Shown here piece by piece: positions 48,382 to 58,218 of a stretch of DNA of 64,000 nucleotides (positions are counted from its first letter, which is position 1; every line of letters starts with the position of its first letter). The position numbers and the translations under genes are program-made. The stretch lies in the IMG/VR virus record IMGVR_UViG_2731957888_000002, positions 6,959 to 70,958 of that record. One strand, written 5' to 3'. Under the pieces are notes generated by a model. It saw only the letters and a program-made list of their open reading frames with translations. It was not told the DNA's origin and did not search any database. Origin of the DNA: a virus (taxonomy: Duplodnaviria; Caudoviricetes).

Positions 48382-49740
48382 TCAGGCCCCTCCCGTGATG
48401 CCGAAGAAGGCGTAATCGTCCTCGGACGGGACGTTCGTGACGGCGGAGGGCTCGGGCGTGACAAACACGGTGTCGCGCTCGTCACGCTGGCGCTCGCTCG
48501 GCAGGCGCTTGCGGGTCCGCCAGACCCAGTTCTCGTGCCGCTTGAGGTAGCCCTGCGCGATCAGGGTCTCGCCGCAGACCTTGATCGCCTGCCGGATCGC
48601 GTCGGCCCGCTTCTTCGGGTCGCCCTCGTCGCCGAACCACTGCGGCACGAACCGGTCCCGGACGTGCTTGAAGTCGACCACCGCGACGTTGCTCGGCACC
48701 GGCACGCCGTCGGGCGGCGGCAGGACGCCATGGTCGGCGAGCGCCTCGGTGACCGATTTCAGGAAGATGTAGACCCGCTTCGGCAGCCGGGCGCCGGCCG
48801 CGGCCGTCGAGGCCGGGGCGTCGCGCTCGACCTCGCCCATGTCGGGCAGGCTGATCACGCAGGAGGTGACCGGGTCGCCGTCCTCGTCGGTCCCGAGTCG
48901 GACGCTCTCGAGCACGAAGCGGAAGGACACACCGTCCTCGCCGTCCTTGAGCTTGGTGACCACCGCCTCGCGGACCTTGCGACCGTTGACGTCCTTGAGC
49001 GGGACCGCGGTCTTCTCCGGCCCGGTGGTGACGAGCGAGATGTCGAGGACGTTCTCGACGTCCGCGAACATCGAGGTGTGGCCCCGCGCCTTGGTGCCGG
49101 ACGCGTTCTTGTGGTGGACCAGCAGCACCGCGCATCCGAGTTCCTGCTCGATGCGCTTGCAGCGCCGCCGGATCGCCCCGACGTCCTTGCCCGCGTTCTC
49201 GTCCGCGCCCGGGGTCGCGGCCGCGAAGGTGTCGATGACGAGAAGCTCGAACGGGAAGTCCGGGTATTCGCCCTGCCAGTGCCGGCACTCGGCGATGAGC
49301 TTCCCGGTGTCCTCGTCCGACGAGTAGAGGTCGAGCGGCAGCGTCAGCAGCACGAAGGGATGATCGTGTGCATCGCGCAGGCCGTGCACCTGGTCGTAGG
49401 CGGGCTGGCGCTTGTCGCGCACGCCCTTCGCGCTCTCGCCGGCGTGGTAGATCACGAGGCCGCGCCGGGCCTTGCGGCCCATCCACGGCACGCCGCGCGC
49501 GATCGCCATGCTGATGTCGTAGGCGAGGAAGCTCTTGCCGGTCTGCGAGGCGCCCACCAGCATCGCCTGCTCGCCGCGGGTCATCACGCCCTTGATCAGC
49601 CACTCGTGCCGGTTGGCGTGCTTCTGGTGGCGGTCGCGGTAGGGCACCGCGCCGAATTGCGTCTTGAAGGGCCCGCGGGCGCGATCGAGGGCATCGCGCT
49701 CGAAATCGCCGAAGGGCTGGAAGGGTGCGACCACGTTCAT
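48382..49740 (-). CDS. AAA family RepA-type replicative helicase
   Basis: Walker A GASQTGKS, Walker B LVIDT, LVHH, RGH, KLKDGE. Confidence 0.9.
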   Translation of the reverse strand: MNVVAPFQPFGDFERDALDRARGPFKTQFGAVPYRDRHQKHANRHEWLIKGVMTRGEQAMLVGASQTGKSFLAYDISMAIARGVPWMGRKARRGLVIYHAGESAKGVRDKRQPAYDQVHGLRDAHDHPFVLLTLPLDLYSSDEDTGKLIAECRHWQGEYPDFPFELLVIDTFAAATPGADENAGKDVGAIRRRCKRIEQELGCAVLLVHHKNASGTKARGHTSMFADVENVLDISLVTTGPEKTAVPLKDVNGRKVREAVVTKLKDGEDGVSFRFVLESVRLGTDEDGDPVTSCVISLPDMGEVERDAPASTAAAGARLPKRVYIFLKSVTEALADHGVLPPPDGVPVPSNVAVVDFKHVRDRFVPQWFGDEGDPKKRADAIRQAIKVCGETLIAQGYLKRHENWVWRTRKRLPSERQRDERDTVFVTPEPSAVTNVPSEDDYAFFGITGGA

Positions 49741-49747
49741 CGCCCCC

Positions 49748-50893
49748 TCACCCGAGATCGCGCAGGAGCGCGTCGTTGAAGTCGAGGCCGTCGGGCGCCA
49801 TGTGCACGGCCAGCGTGCGGGCAGCCGCGGCGGTGAAGCGCCTGGCGGCGGTGAGCAGCCGCATCCGGGTCCCGACCGGTTCGCTGTCGCCGTCGCCGAT
49901 CAGGACCACGTCGATCACGTCGGGCGTCGGGAGGAACCCGGGCCGCTCCATGTCGGGGACCCCGTTCGGGATCGCGCGCGGCCGGCCGTCGTCCTGCACC
50001 AGGGTCGGGTGCGGGATCGATCCCGTCGCGGAGCCCGCCATGTTGCCGAGCGAGACGAGGCTCGCGAGCCCGTAGCCCTCCTCGGCGCCGTAGCCGAGGG
50101 CGCGCCAGGACAGCGTCGTTTCGATCCCCTCGCCGTAGGCCATGCGGGGCGACGGCATCGAGAGCGCGATCGATCCGCCGCGGTGCTCGCCGAGGATCTT
50201 CTTTGCCCGGTTGCGCCTGGCGTCGCCGGGCGGTTTCAGCTTCGCCGGCTCGACCGGATCGAGGTAGGTGCGGTGCAGGCCGATGATCGTCCCGGCCGCG
50301 TCGCGGATCAGGGCGACCATCGCCGGGAAGCGGCCGAGGACCTCCGGCTCCTCGGCCTCGGGCGAGGCGAAGCCGCGATAGGGGAGGCTCGGGTGGAAGC
50401 GCAGGTCCCGGGTCTGGTCGGCGGTGGGCCCGAGACCGCGGGCGGTGAGATAGTCGTCGACCCGGGTGCCGCGGATCGGCCGGCACTCGCCGAGCAGCCG
50501 CTCGACCGACAGGACCGTGCGTTGCCGGTCCGCCCGCTCGGCGGTCTCCCGCGTCTCGCGCTGCTTCTCGAGGCGCTTGCGATCGAGCTCCGAGATCTCG
50601 CGGGCGCCACCCAGGAACTCGACCGCCTCCGGGAAGGTGCAGCCGCGAAACTTCATCACCGCGTCGATGACGTCGCCGCCGGCCGTGCAGCCGTGGCAGA
50701 AGAACAGCCCCTTGGTGTCGTCGACCTCGCAGCTCGGGGTCTTCTCGGCGTGGAACGGGCACAGGCATTCCCGGACCCGGCCGGCCTTGCGGAGCCGATG
50801 GCCGAAGCGCTCGAAGATCGCCGAGAGCGGCTCGCGGGCGCGGATGTCGTCGAGGGTGGCTTGGTCGAATCGGGGGGCGGTCGACGTGCTCAT
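49748..50893 (-). CDS. DNA primase (CHC2 zinc finger plus Toprim)
   Basis: CPFHAEKTPSC...FCHGC..GGDVI; HRTYL; GEGIET; DGD; DFND. Confidence 0.92.
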   Translation of the reverse strand: MSTSTAPRFDQATLDDIRAREPLSAIFERFGHRLRKAGRVRECLCPFHAEKTPSCEVDDTKGLFFCHGCTAGGDVIDAVMKFRGCTFPEAVEFLGGAREISELDRKRLEKQRETRETAERADRQRTVLSVERLLGECRPIRGTRVDDYLTARGLGPTADQTRDLRFHPSLPYRGFASPEAEEPEVLGRFPAMVALIRDAAGTIIGLHRTYLDPVEPAKLKPPGDARRNRAKKILGEHRGGSIALSMPSPRMAYGEGIETTLSWRALGYGAEEGYGLASLVSLGNMAGSATGSIPHPTLVQDDGRPRAIPNGVPDMERPGFLPTPDVIDVVLIGDGDSEPVGTRMRLLTAARRFTAAAARTLAVHMAPDGLDFNDALLRDLG

Positions 50894-51201
50894 GCCGCGC
50901 GCTCCCGCTTCGGGGCGCGGGCGGCCCGCTTCTTGGTGACGAGGGCGCGGATGTCGGCCTCGTGGGCGGCGAAGACCTTCAGGATGCGCACCGCGTGGCG
51001 CATCGCGTCGGCGCGGGCGCGCCAGTCGGCGACGGCCTGGTGCAGCTGCTTGGCGGCCGAGATCCGGCCTTCGGCCTCGGCTTCCGTCGCCATGCGCAGG
51101 CTGTCGCCCTCGAAGCCATCGAGGGTTCCGGCCCAGGCCTCGACCTCCTGAATCGCGTCGGCCGTGCTCGGGAGCAGCGGGGCTTGCACGGAATCGCTCA
51201 C
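50890..51201 (-). CDS. Hypothetical protein
   Basis: GGAGG RBS; GTGA/ATGA coupling. Confidence 0.6.
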   Translation of the reverse strand: MSDSVQAPLLPSTADAIQEVEAWAGTLDGFEGDSLRMATEAEAEGRISAAKQLHQAVADWRARADAMRHAVRILKVFAAHEADIRALVTKKRAARAPKRERAA

Positions 51202-51569
51202 GATCGCCTCCGATCGTCGAGGATGGCGTCGATGAGGTCGTGGGTCAGGATCTCGTGAACGGCCCGGCCGGCGAGCGCCCACGGGTACATGTGACGGGCG
51301 TCGGCGGCGCGGCGCAGGACCTGGCGCTGCCCTTCCGAGAGCCGCAGCTGGATGACGATGCAGGGCGGGGCCTCGGCGGGGGCGACGTGGTCGCGGTCGA
51401 GACCGAGGCGATCGAGCTCGCGGCCGAGAGTGCGCGGCGGGACCCGGAGGTCCGCCGCGACGCGGTCGAGGCCGTGACCCTGGCCCAGCCGGAAGGCGGC
51501 GAGCACGAGACGGGCAGGCGGCAGGGCGACGTTGAGCCGGTCGTCGATACGGCGGGCGGTTGCTCTCAC
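51198..51569 (-). CDS. Putative DNA-binding protein
   Basis: HTH-like LDRVAADLRV...L; coupled. Confidence 0.6.
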   Translation of the reverse strand: MRATARRIDDRLNVALPPARLVLAAFRLGQGHGLDRVAADLRVPPRTLGRELDRLGLDRDHVAPAEAPPCIVIQLRLSEGQRQVLRRAADARHMYPWALAGRAVHEILTHDLIDAILDDRRRS

Positions 51570-52012
51570 GGGCGCCTCCGGGGTTCGGCGGTCGCCTCGA
51601 TCAGCGAGAGGTGTCCCGGCAGGTCCGAGCCTTCCGGATTCGGCACGTAGAGGATGGTCGCCCCGAGGGGTGTCAGCACGGCACGGGTCTCGTGGAGGAT
51701 GCGGCGGAAGTATTCGGCGCGGTCGCCGACGCGGCGGCCCTTGAAGATCAGCTCGATCGCCCGGTCCCGGCTGACGGGCCGGGGCGAGGCCTTCACCAGG
51801 AGGGCGAGGAGCTTCGCGGGCAGCGGCGCGACCCGGGCGAAGAGGTCGCCGATCGAGACGAAGCCCGTGCGGGTGTCGACGGTGATCCGGCGCCCGGACG
51901 GCATCCGGGTGCGGCGCACGGGCTGGCGCGCCGGGCGGGTGGTGCCGGCGGCGGCCGCGCCGCCGCGGCCGGACGGCTCGCGGCTCGCCATGAGGGCGGC
52001 GGGGGCGGTCAT
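51566..52012 (-). CDS. Winged-helix (OmpR C-terminal-like) protein
   Basis: KLLALLVKASPRPVSRDRAIELIF pattern. Confidence 0.6.
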   Translation of the reverse strand: MTAPAALMASREPSGRGGAAAAGTTRPARQPVRRTRMPSGRRITVDTRTGFVSIGDLFARVAPLPAKLLALLVKASPRPVSRDRAIELIFKGRRVGDRAEYFRRILHETRAVLTPLGATILYVPNPEGSDLPGHLSLIEATAEPRRRP

Positions 52013-54609
52013 TCGGCCGCCTGCTGCCGGGCCGCGCCCGCGTCGAGGATGTCGAAGAGGCTCGGCGTTGCGAGTTCCCGCGCCGCCGCCTCGACGTAGG
52101 CGCAGCCGTCGAGGAAGTAGCGGGGGTTGAGCTCGACCCCGACCGCCTTGCGGCGCGCCTTGAGCGCCCGCACTGGCACGGTCATCAGGCCGCCGAAGGG
52201 ATCGAACACCGTCTCGCCCGGCATCGAGAACTGCGCGATGGCCCGGTCGACGATGTCGAACTGGAGCGGGCAGAGGTGCAGCTCGCGCCCCTTGGCTGCC
52301 TGAGACCCGTTGAGGGTCAGCATGCGGGTGATGTCCGACCACACCTCCGGGTGCCAGGAATGCGGCGGCAGCAGCATGAAGGTCGGGGGCAGCATCCCGC
52401 GCGCCTCCAGGCCCTCGCCGATCCGGACGTGGTGCTCGAACGAGTAGACGGCCTCCAGCGAGTGCCGGCGCCAGGCCTTGTAGATCTGGTCCGCGGCGAA
52501 GCCCTGTAGCTCCTCGACCGTGAGGAGCCGGTCGCCCGACGAGCGGGAGAAGCCGTGCGCGTCGACCTGCCAACGGGCACGCGAATAGCCCTCGGGATTG
52601 TCCCAGGCCTCGCCGTCCCAGGTCTTCTTCGCCTTCACCACCGGCACGTCGGCGTAGCCGTTCGAGCGGTCGGAGGGCGCCTTGCGGAACAGGAGCAGGT
52701 ATTCCGGCACGCCACAGCCCATGCGTGAGCCGTCCTTGCACTGCTCCGTCCAGCCGAGCCGGTAGGTCTGGTTGTTCTCGCGGACGACGTCGGTGACGAT
52801 GGTCTTGCGGCCGAGGAAGGCGAAGCCGTGCTTGCGGAAGTGGCTGATGCAGTCGTCGGAGAACGGGTTGAGGGTCTGGAAGCCGAACCCGTTGATGCCG
52901 CCCGGCGTGATCCGGTCCTTGACGTGGACCGCCGCCACCCGGCCGGGCCGCAGCACCCGCAGGAGCTCGGGCGTCAGGTGGTCCATCTGGGCCCAGAAGT
53001 GGGCGTCGTCGTCGGTGTGGCCGAAGTCGTTGTAGCTCGGCGTGTACTCGTACTGGTGGGAGAACGGGATCGAGGTGACGATGAGGTCGACGCTGTCGGC
53101 CTCCATCGTCGCGGTCTCCTCCATGCAGTCGGCGTTGACGAGCCGGTGGTGCTCGCCGGAGACCTCGATGCGCTCGCAGCCGATGGAGCGGGCGAGGGCT
53201 TTTGCCATCGCGGCCTCGGACAGGCCGAATTGCTTGATGATCTCTCCCATCTTCGCCACCATGTCGTTGTGCTGGCGCCACTTGCGCTGGAGGGTCCGCA
53301 AGATCTCGCGCTCGGTCTCGGCGTAGATCACATGGATCTCGACCGGCTTCGATTGCAGGAACCGTTGCAGACGGTGGATCGCCTGAATGAAGTCGGCGAA
53401 CTTGAAGCCGATGCCGAGGAAGATCGCCTTGTGGCAGTGGCGCTGGAGGTTGCAGCCGGCGCCGAGCATCACGGGCTTCGCCGCGAGGTACTGGAAGGCA
53501 CCGTCGGAGAAACCGAGGATCGCCTTCTCCTGGTCCTGGTCGTCCTGAGAGCCGTAGACCGCCACGGCCGACGGCACGGCCGCGGCGATCGCGTGACGCT
53601 CGGCCTCAAGGTCGTGCCAGAGCACGAAGTGGTCGTCGGGCGCTCCGTCCAGGACCTCGCGCATCTTCGCGATGCGGGCCGGCAGGGTCTCGCGCTTCTC
53701 GCGCGCTGCGTTCTGCACCCCGATCGCCGCGTCGCGCAGCAGGATGCCCTGTCCGTTGCGCTCGGTCTCGCGGGCGCGGAGATCCCCCTGCACCTCGTGG
53801 TAGACGACCTTCAGTTCGGGCAGGTCGTAGCCCTCGTCCGAGAAGCCGAGATCGGACGGCCGCTGGACGAACAGCCCCCAGGACGCCACCCAGAGCCAGA
53901 ATTCCTCGACCTTGTGGGGGTGGAGCGTGAGGGTGTCGGCCTTCTCGGAGTTGCGCTTGAAAAAGCGCGTTTTTGCTTGACCAACGTCAAGGATGCCGAG
54001 GAACGCCGCGTAGGCGAGAAGCTCGATCGTGTCGTTCGGCGAGGGCGTGGCGGTGGCGACGAACCGGTAGGCGATGCGGCCGGCGCCGGAATCGGCATCG
54101 AACAGGCGCATGAACTCGCGGAAGGTCAGCGTGCCCCCGAAGCCGCGCAGGCACGCCGCCTCGTCGAGGCTCGCGGCGTCGAACAGCCCGGGATCGAGCC
54201 TTCCGTCGCGCACCGCCTGGTAATTCGTGAGGTAGAGGCCCGGGCCGTCGACCTCCTCGGAACGGCGCACGAACCGCAGCGGCACGCCGAGCATCGCGGC
54301 ATCGCGCAGGAACTCAAGGCGGACGCCGAGCGGCGCGATGATGAGCGCGCGGCCGGCCCCGGCCGTCGCGCGCTCCAGCACCAGGCGCAAGGCCTCGATC
54401 TGGACGACGCTCTTGCCCAGGCCGAAGCTGGCAAAGCAGGCGCGCCGGCCGCCGCGCACCATCCATCGAACCATGGCGCGCTGGTGGAGCTTCAGGATCG
54501 GGTTGATCTCGGCGTCGTCGACCTCGAACCCGTCCTGGTGGGCGATGCAGGCCTTGGCCTTGAGGAAGTCGCGGTAGGCCGCGATGCGGGCGGCAGGAGC
54601 GAGCATCAT
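52009..54609 (-). CDS. SF2 helicase fused to N4/N6 DNA methyltransferase
   Basis: FGLGKS, LDEA, TATPSPND, QAIHR..RF; then DLIVTSIPF, HLCPLQ, VFDPFGG, GVELN..Y. Confidence 0.9.
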   Translation of the reverse strand: MMLAPAARIAAYRDFLKAKACIAHQDGFEVDDAEINPILKLHQRAMVRWMVRGGRRACFASFGLGKSVVQIEALRLVLERATAGAGRALIIAPLGVRLEFLRDAAMLGVPLRFVRRSEEVDGPGLYLTNYQAVRDGRLDPGLFDAASLDEAACLRGFGGTLTFREFMRLFDADSGAGRIAYRFVATATPSPNDTIELLAYAAFLGILDVGQAKTRFFKRNSEKADTLTLHPHKVEEFWLWVASWGLFVQRPSDLGFSDEGYDLPELKVVYHEVQGDLRARETERNGQGILLRDAAIGVQNAAREKRETLPARIAKMREVLDGAPDDHFVLWHDLEAERHAIAAAVPSAVAVYGSQDDQDQEKAILGFSDGAFQYLAAKPVMLGAGCNLQRHCHKAIFLGIGFKFADFIQAIHRLQRFLQSKPVEIHVIYAETEREILRTLQRKWRQHNDMVAKMGEIIKQFGLSEAAMAKALARSIGCERIEVSGEHHRLVNADCMEETATMEADSVDLIVTSIPFSHQYEYTPSYNDFGHTDDDAHFWAQMDHLTPELLRVLRPGRVAAVHVKDRITPGGINGFGFQTLNPFSDDCISHFRKHGFAFLGRKTIVTDVVRENNQTYRLGWTEQCKDGSRMGCGVPEYLLLFRKAPSDRSNGYADVPVVKAKKTWDGEAWDNPEGYSRARWQVDAHGFSRSSGDRLLTVEELQGFAADQIYKAWRRHSLEAVYSFEHHVRIGEGLEARGMLPPTFMLLPPHSWHPEVWSDITRMLTLNGSQAAKGRELHLCPLQFDIVDRAIAQFSMPGETVFDPFGGLMTVPVRALKARRKAVGVELNPRYFLDGCAYVEAAARELATPSLFDILDAGAARQQAAE

Positions 54610-54893
54610 GCCGCCCTCCCGGAGGTCTGCTTCCAGGGCGGGACGACGCCGAACGCGGCATAGACCGCGTTCGCCCGGCGCTCTTCCTGCCGGCACTCGT
54701 CGAGGCTGTGATCGCCTGCGATGTAGCCGCCGCTAGCCAGCGCGTAGAAGGTCTCGGCTTGCCTCAGGGCTTGGGCGCGCGGCAGCTTGCCGGCGCCCGC
54801 GCACCAAGTGCAGGTGGTGCCCGGCCGGCTGAAGAGCATGCCGTCGCCGTCGCAGGACCCGCAGCGGAAGCGGGTGATCGTGAAACCGGCCAT
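54606..54893 (-). CDS. Small DnaJ-type zinc finger protein
   Basis: CGSCDGDG and CTWCAGAG. Confidence 0.65.
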   Translation of the reverse strand: MAGFTITRFRCGSCDGDGMLFSRPGTTCTWCAGAGKLPRAQALRQAETFYALASGGYIAGDHSLDECRQEERRANAVYAAFGVVPPWKQTSGRAA

Positions 54894-54895
54894 GA

Positions 54896-55453
54896 TCACG
54901 CCACCCTCCCCTTCGCCCGGAGGAAGGTCGGGTCGACGATGTGCGCCTCGCGCGGCGCCCATTCCCGACAGGCGAACCACCACAGGGCGGCGGCGTCGCT
55001 CTGGTCGAAGTTCTCCGGCTCCCAGCCGAGGTCGATGCAGCGCTGGCGCACCGCCCGCTTGGCATCGTCCGACTTCAGGTTGCCGGCCTGGATGAAGTGC
55101 TTGCGGATCGTGGTCGGCGGATGGATCGCGACCATGCAGCCGCGCTCCTCGGCGAAGGCGCCGACCGTCATCACCAGCGAGTAGAGCTGCAGCGTCGTCT
55201 TGATGTTGCCCTGGCCCGGCGGGACGTGCTGCATCGGCGCTTCGATCGCGACGCGCACCATGGTGAGGTCACGCTCGACGCTGAGCCGCATCGCGATCCA
55301 CTTCAGGGCGCGGCGGTCGGCCGAGAGGATGCCGTCGTGGTCCTTGCGGAACGGGAGCGAGGACAGGCGCGGGGTCTCGCCAGGCCGCCCCTCGGATATG
55401 CCGGTGTTGGACTTCGAGATGTCCAGAGCGATGACGGTGCCGGTGTAGGACAC
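54896..55453 (-). CDS. RuvC-like Holliday junction resolvase
   Basis: IALDIS..TG, AIEAP, RKHF..G, DQSDAAALW. Confidence 0.8.
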   Translation of the reverse strand: MSYTGTVIALDISKSNTGISEGRPGETPRLSSLPFRKDHDGILSADRRALKWIAMRLSVERDLTMVRVAIEAPMQHVPPGQGNIKTTLQLYSLVMTVGAFAEERGCMVAIHPPTTIRKHFIQAGNLKSDDAKRAVRQRCIDLGWEPENFDQSDAAALWWFACREWAPREAHIVDPTFLRAKGRVA

Positions 55454-55583
55454 GGGTGCGGTGCCTCTTCGCGGGGCCCCTTCGGCGGGGCTGTTGCGCG
55501 CAAGCCGCCCTCCCGCTCCTGCGGGTGTCGCGCCTGCAAGGACGCGCGGGCCGCCAGGCGGGCCCGCGCCGGTGTCGGGTGGT

Positions 55584-56102
55584 TCAGTGGTGCAGCGGCT
55601 TGATGCCGGTCTTGATGGTCTCGGAGCCGTTGCCCGCGGGCGCGTCGCCGCCGGCGACCGCGTCGAGGGCGGCGTTCTTGTCCTTGCGGGCCCGTTCGCG
55701 CTTCTTCTGCGCCGGGGAGCGGAGGTCGGCCTCGTCCGCCTCCGGCTGCTCCTCGCCGAGCGCGGCCCGGCCGAGCGGGGTACCGTCGAGTTGGCCGAGC
55801 GCCGCCTTCATCGCATCGAGCGCTTCGACGTCGTCCTCGTCGAGCTTCTCCCGGCGATTCTCGACGCGACGGCGGTCGCGCTCCTCGTTCAGCATTTCCT
55901 TGAAGGCGCGGACGTTGTGACCGCCGTCCTTGACCCGGGTGATGACGTCGTTCTGCTGGTCGGTGAGCTTGCCGATCCGCGTGCGGTGCGACTGGCGGAG
56001 GCTGTTCTTGTCGTCCTCGATGCGGAAGTACGACTTGAACATCTCGTTCAAGAGCGTGCCGTTGGGACCGTTGTGCCCGGCACCGGGGGTGGCCGCGGTC
56101 AT
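55584..56102 (-). CDS. GapR/DUF2312-like DNA-binding protein
   Basis: RIEDDK...DV...VK.GG.NVRAFKEML...LD.MK.ALG.L..TPLG; divergent. Confidence 0.55.
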   Translation of the reverse strand: MTAATPGAGHNGPNGTLLNEMFKSYFRIEDDKNSLRQSHRTRIGKLTDQQNDVITRVKDGGHNVRAFKEMLNEERDRRRVENRREKLDEDDVEALDAMKAALGQLDGTPLGRAALGEEQPEADEADLRSPAQKKRERARKDKNAALDAVAGGDAPAGNGSETIKTGIKPLHH

Positions 56103-56106
56103 CGTC

Positions 56107-56364
56107 TCATTCTCCAGGGTTGGCGGGGTGGGGGCGGATCGGCGCCGCGGCCAGCACCGGCTCGGCGGCACGGTCGGCCTGGCGCGACAGCACGTTGAAG
56201 GCCGCCTCCGGTCCCTGGCGCTCGCGCAGGAATTCGCGGATCGCGTCGAGGGCCGCCTCGATCCCGACGCCGACGCTGGCCGTGCCATGGCGGCATTCGG
56301 CGTCGCGCAGGGTGTGCGCGGTGGCGCGCTTCACGGCGTCGTAGAGGGAGGCGGGGGCGGGCAT
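56107..56364 (-). CDS. Hypothetical protein
   Basis: TGATG-coupled. Confidence 0.6.
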   Translation of the reverse strand: MPAPASLYDAVKRATAHTLRDAECRHGTASVGVGIEAALDAIREFLRERQGPEAAFNVLSRQADRAAEPVLAAAPIRPHPANPGE

Positions 56365-56633
56365 CAGGCGGCCTCAGACGCCGGGGCGAATCGCCCGAGG
56401 CTGAAAGCGGGCTCGTGACGGCCACCGATGTCGTGATGGAAGACCGGGTTCTGAAGCTCCAGGAATCGAACGCCCCAGCCGCGCTCGGTCATCACGCATT
56501 CGCGGACGGTGTAGACCCGCCCCTCCTTGGGGACCGACAGGTCGTCGCCGCGGTATGGGACCTCGGGATCGGGTGCGAAGTGGCCGTCAACGCAGATAAG
56601 GCGCTGGCCGCGAGAGAAGGGGGCGGGCATCAC
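56364..56633 (-). CDS. Hypothetical phage protein
   Basis: GQRLICVD...G.VYTVR...F...RF.P pattern. Confidence 0.7.
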   Translation of the reverse strand: MMPAPFSRGQRLICVDGHFAPDPEVPYRGDDLSVPKEGRVYTVRECVMTERGWGVRFLELQNPVFHHDIGGRHEPAFSLGRFAPASEAA

Positions 56634-57073
56634 GCGACGTCTCCGCCGCGCGAGCCGACACTTACCGGAGACCCTGTCTCCGCTCCTCGCGGATGCGCGC
56701 CTGGCGCGCGCTCCACCAGTCGATCAACGCCCTCAAGAGCCGCATCGGCTTTCTCCATCAGCTCGGCGCGTCTCTGACGTTCGCGCTCGGCTTGTGCCTC
56801 CACCTTCTCGCACAGCGTGCGATAGGCCGAGACGATGTTCAGGTACTGGTGCGCTTCGATCTCGACGTCCGGCTGACGGCCGAGAAGCTTGCGCATCCAC
56901 GAGGCGGTGCCTCCGACGCTGCTGGCGACGTCGGCGTAGGCCTTCATCCGCGAGCCCAGACGGCGCTTCGCGTTGTCGACGAGCGGCCCTGCGCAGACCC
57001 GCGCATGATCCAGCGTGTCAGCGGCAGTGAGCATTGTCCGTCCCCGGGCAACCGAAGTGGTTTTTGTCCGCAT
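56630..57073 (-). CDS. Putative phage regulator at the cII-like position
   Basis: HTH-like AYADVASSVG.TASWMRKLLG; start at 57073 or 57034. Confidence 0.6.
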   Translation of the reverse strand: MRTKTTSVARGRTMLTAADTLDHARVCAGPLVDNAKRRLGSRMKAYADVASSVGGTASWMRKLLGRQPDVEIEAHQYLNIVSAYRTLCEKVEAQAERERQRRAELMEKADAALEGVDRLVERAPGAHPRGAETGSPVSVGSRGGDVA

Positions 57074-57256
57074 CCGGGCAGCCTTCCGTGGTGATCTTCG
57101 AATCACGGAAGGCGGACTTACCCAGGGAGGTCGGACAGAGATGAGAATCGCTCCGCAGGGCTTTGGCGAGACCACGGAAGCGACGGTGACGAAGGGCGAA
57201 CTGCCGGCTTTGGCGAGCGGAGGCAGCGCGCGCGAAACGAACGGAACGAGCATCCA

Positions 57257-57320
57257 GAAAGGACCCCTCTCCACGACGGGAGAGGGGCCAAGTCAGGGAG
57301 GAAACGCCCATGCGGGCCAC
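57257..57320 (-). ncRNA. suhB/MmgR (alpha-r8) family small RNA with terminator
   Basis: Minus strand reads CCCGCATGGGCGTTTCCTCCCTGACTTGG, then hairpin CCCCTCTCC-CGTCGT-GGAGAGGGG and TCCTTTC; matches the family core as I recall it. 5' end uncertain. Confidence 0.7.
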
Positions 57321-57519
57321 CTCCACGCCGGGGAGGTCTCCGCCAGCGTGAAGCTCAAGACAGCGCGAACAGACGCCGTAGAGCGTCAGACGGGCTGTGG
57401 ATTCCGCGGCAAGTGTAGAGCCGCAAAGGCAGCTACGGGCGAGGCGATCCTTTTCAGGCTCGACAGCCTCGCCCGCGCCGCTACCATCCGAAGTTGCGAG
57501 ACACCGGATGGAGCCGAGA

Positions 57520-57801
57520 ATGGAAGATGATGTATTGCGAGCGACCCTTGCGAAAGCTATTGCAGCATCCGCCGCGGTCGAAGCACTGGCAACGACCGTA
57601 TTAATGATGTATCCGCCAGAGGTGCGCTCGGCAGCCCTCAAATTAATGCGAGGAGCCATGAGCGACATTGGCCCAAAAGGCACTGCAAGCTTCGAGGCAG
57701 CCGAATTCATGGCCGATGTCCGTGTTCTTGCAGTAGAACACCTTGATAAGAGCGTTTCTCGGATTGAAGCGGCGCTCGCTCGAGCGGATACCTTTGGATA
57801 G
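57520..57801 (+). CDS. Hypothetical protein (moron, opposite strand to operon)
   Basis: GGAG RBS; lower GC than flanks. Confidence 0.6.
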   Translation: MEDDVLRATLAKAIAASAAVEALATTVLMMYPPEVRSAALKLMRGAMSDIGPKGTASFEAAEFMADVRVLAVEHLDKSVSRIEAALARADTFG

Positions 57802-57994
57802 CGCTCACTAAACGCCCGAGATCCTGCTCGTTGGGCCGGAGCCCCGCTTCGGCGATGGTCACGCCATGGCGAGAGACGTCCATGTCGACGACCCTCACCA
57901 TGCCCTCGGCGGGGGCGGCCTTCACGACCGCAGCCGCCATGGGCGCGGCGACCGGCGCAAGCCCGATCAGGCGCAGGAGTGAGCGGCGGTTCAC
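57707..57994 (-). CDS. Small protein with twin-arginine-like N-terminus
   Basis: GTG start coupled to the upstream stop; MNRRSLLRLIGLAPVAAP; 3' end overlaps the + strand ORF. Confidence 0.5.
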   Translation of the reverse strand: MNRRSLLRLIGLAPVAAPMAAAVVKAAPAEGMVRVVDMDVSRHGVTIAEAGLRPNEQDLGRLVSAIQRYPLERAPLQSEKRSYQGVLLQEHGHRP

Positions 57995-58218
57995 GGCTGC
58001 TCTCCCATCGCGAAAGCGCAGCGCGCCGCGTCGAGGATGATCCAGGCGCCGAGCGCCAGCGCGATGCACCCCACGACGCAATCAGCGAGCGCCAACCCGG
58101 GGGCGAGAGCGGAGAGCACGTCCCAGCCCAGCAACCCGAGCGTCAGGACCGAGCCACCCATCAGGATGTTGATCCCGCCGAGCAGCAGGCCGGTGGTGAG
58201 GAGGCGCTGGCGGGTCAT
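57991..58218 (-). CDS. Small membrane protein
   Basis: Two hydrophobic segments; ATGA-coupled to cro. Confidence 0.65.
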   Translation of the reverse strand: MTRQRLLTTGLLLGGINILMGGSVLTLGLLGWDVLSALAPGLALADCVVGCIALALGAWIILDAARCAFAMGEQP

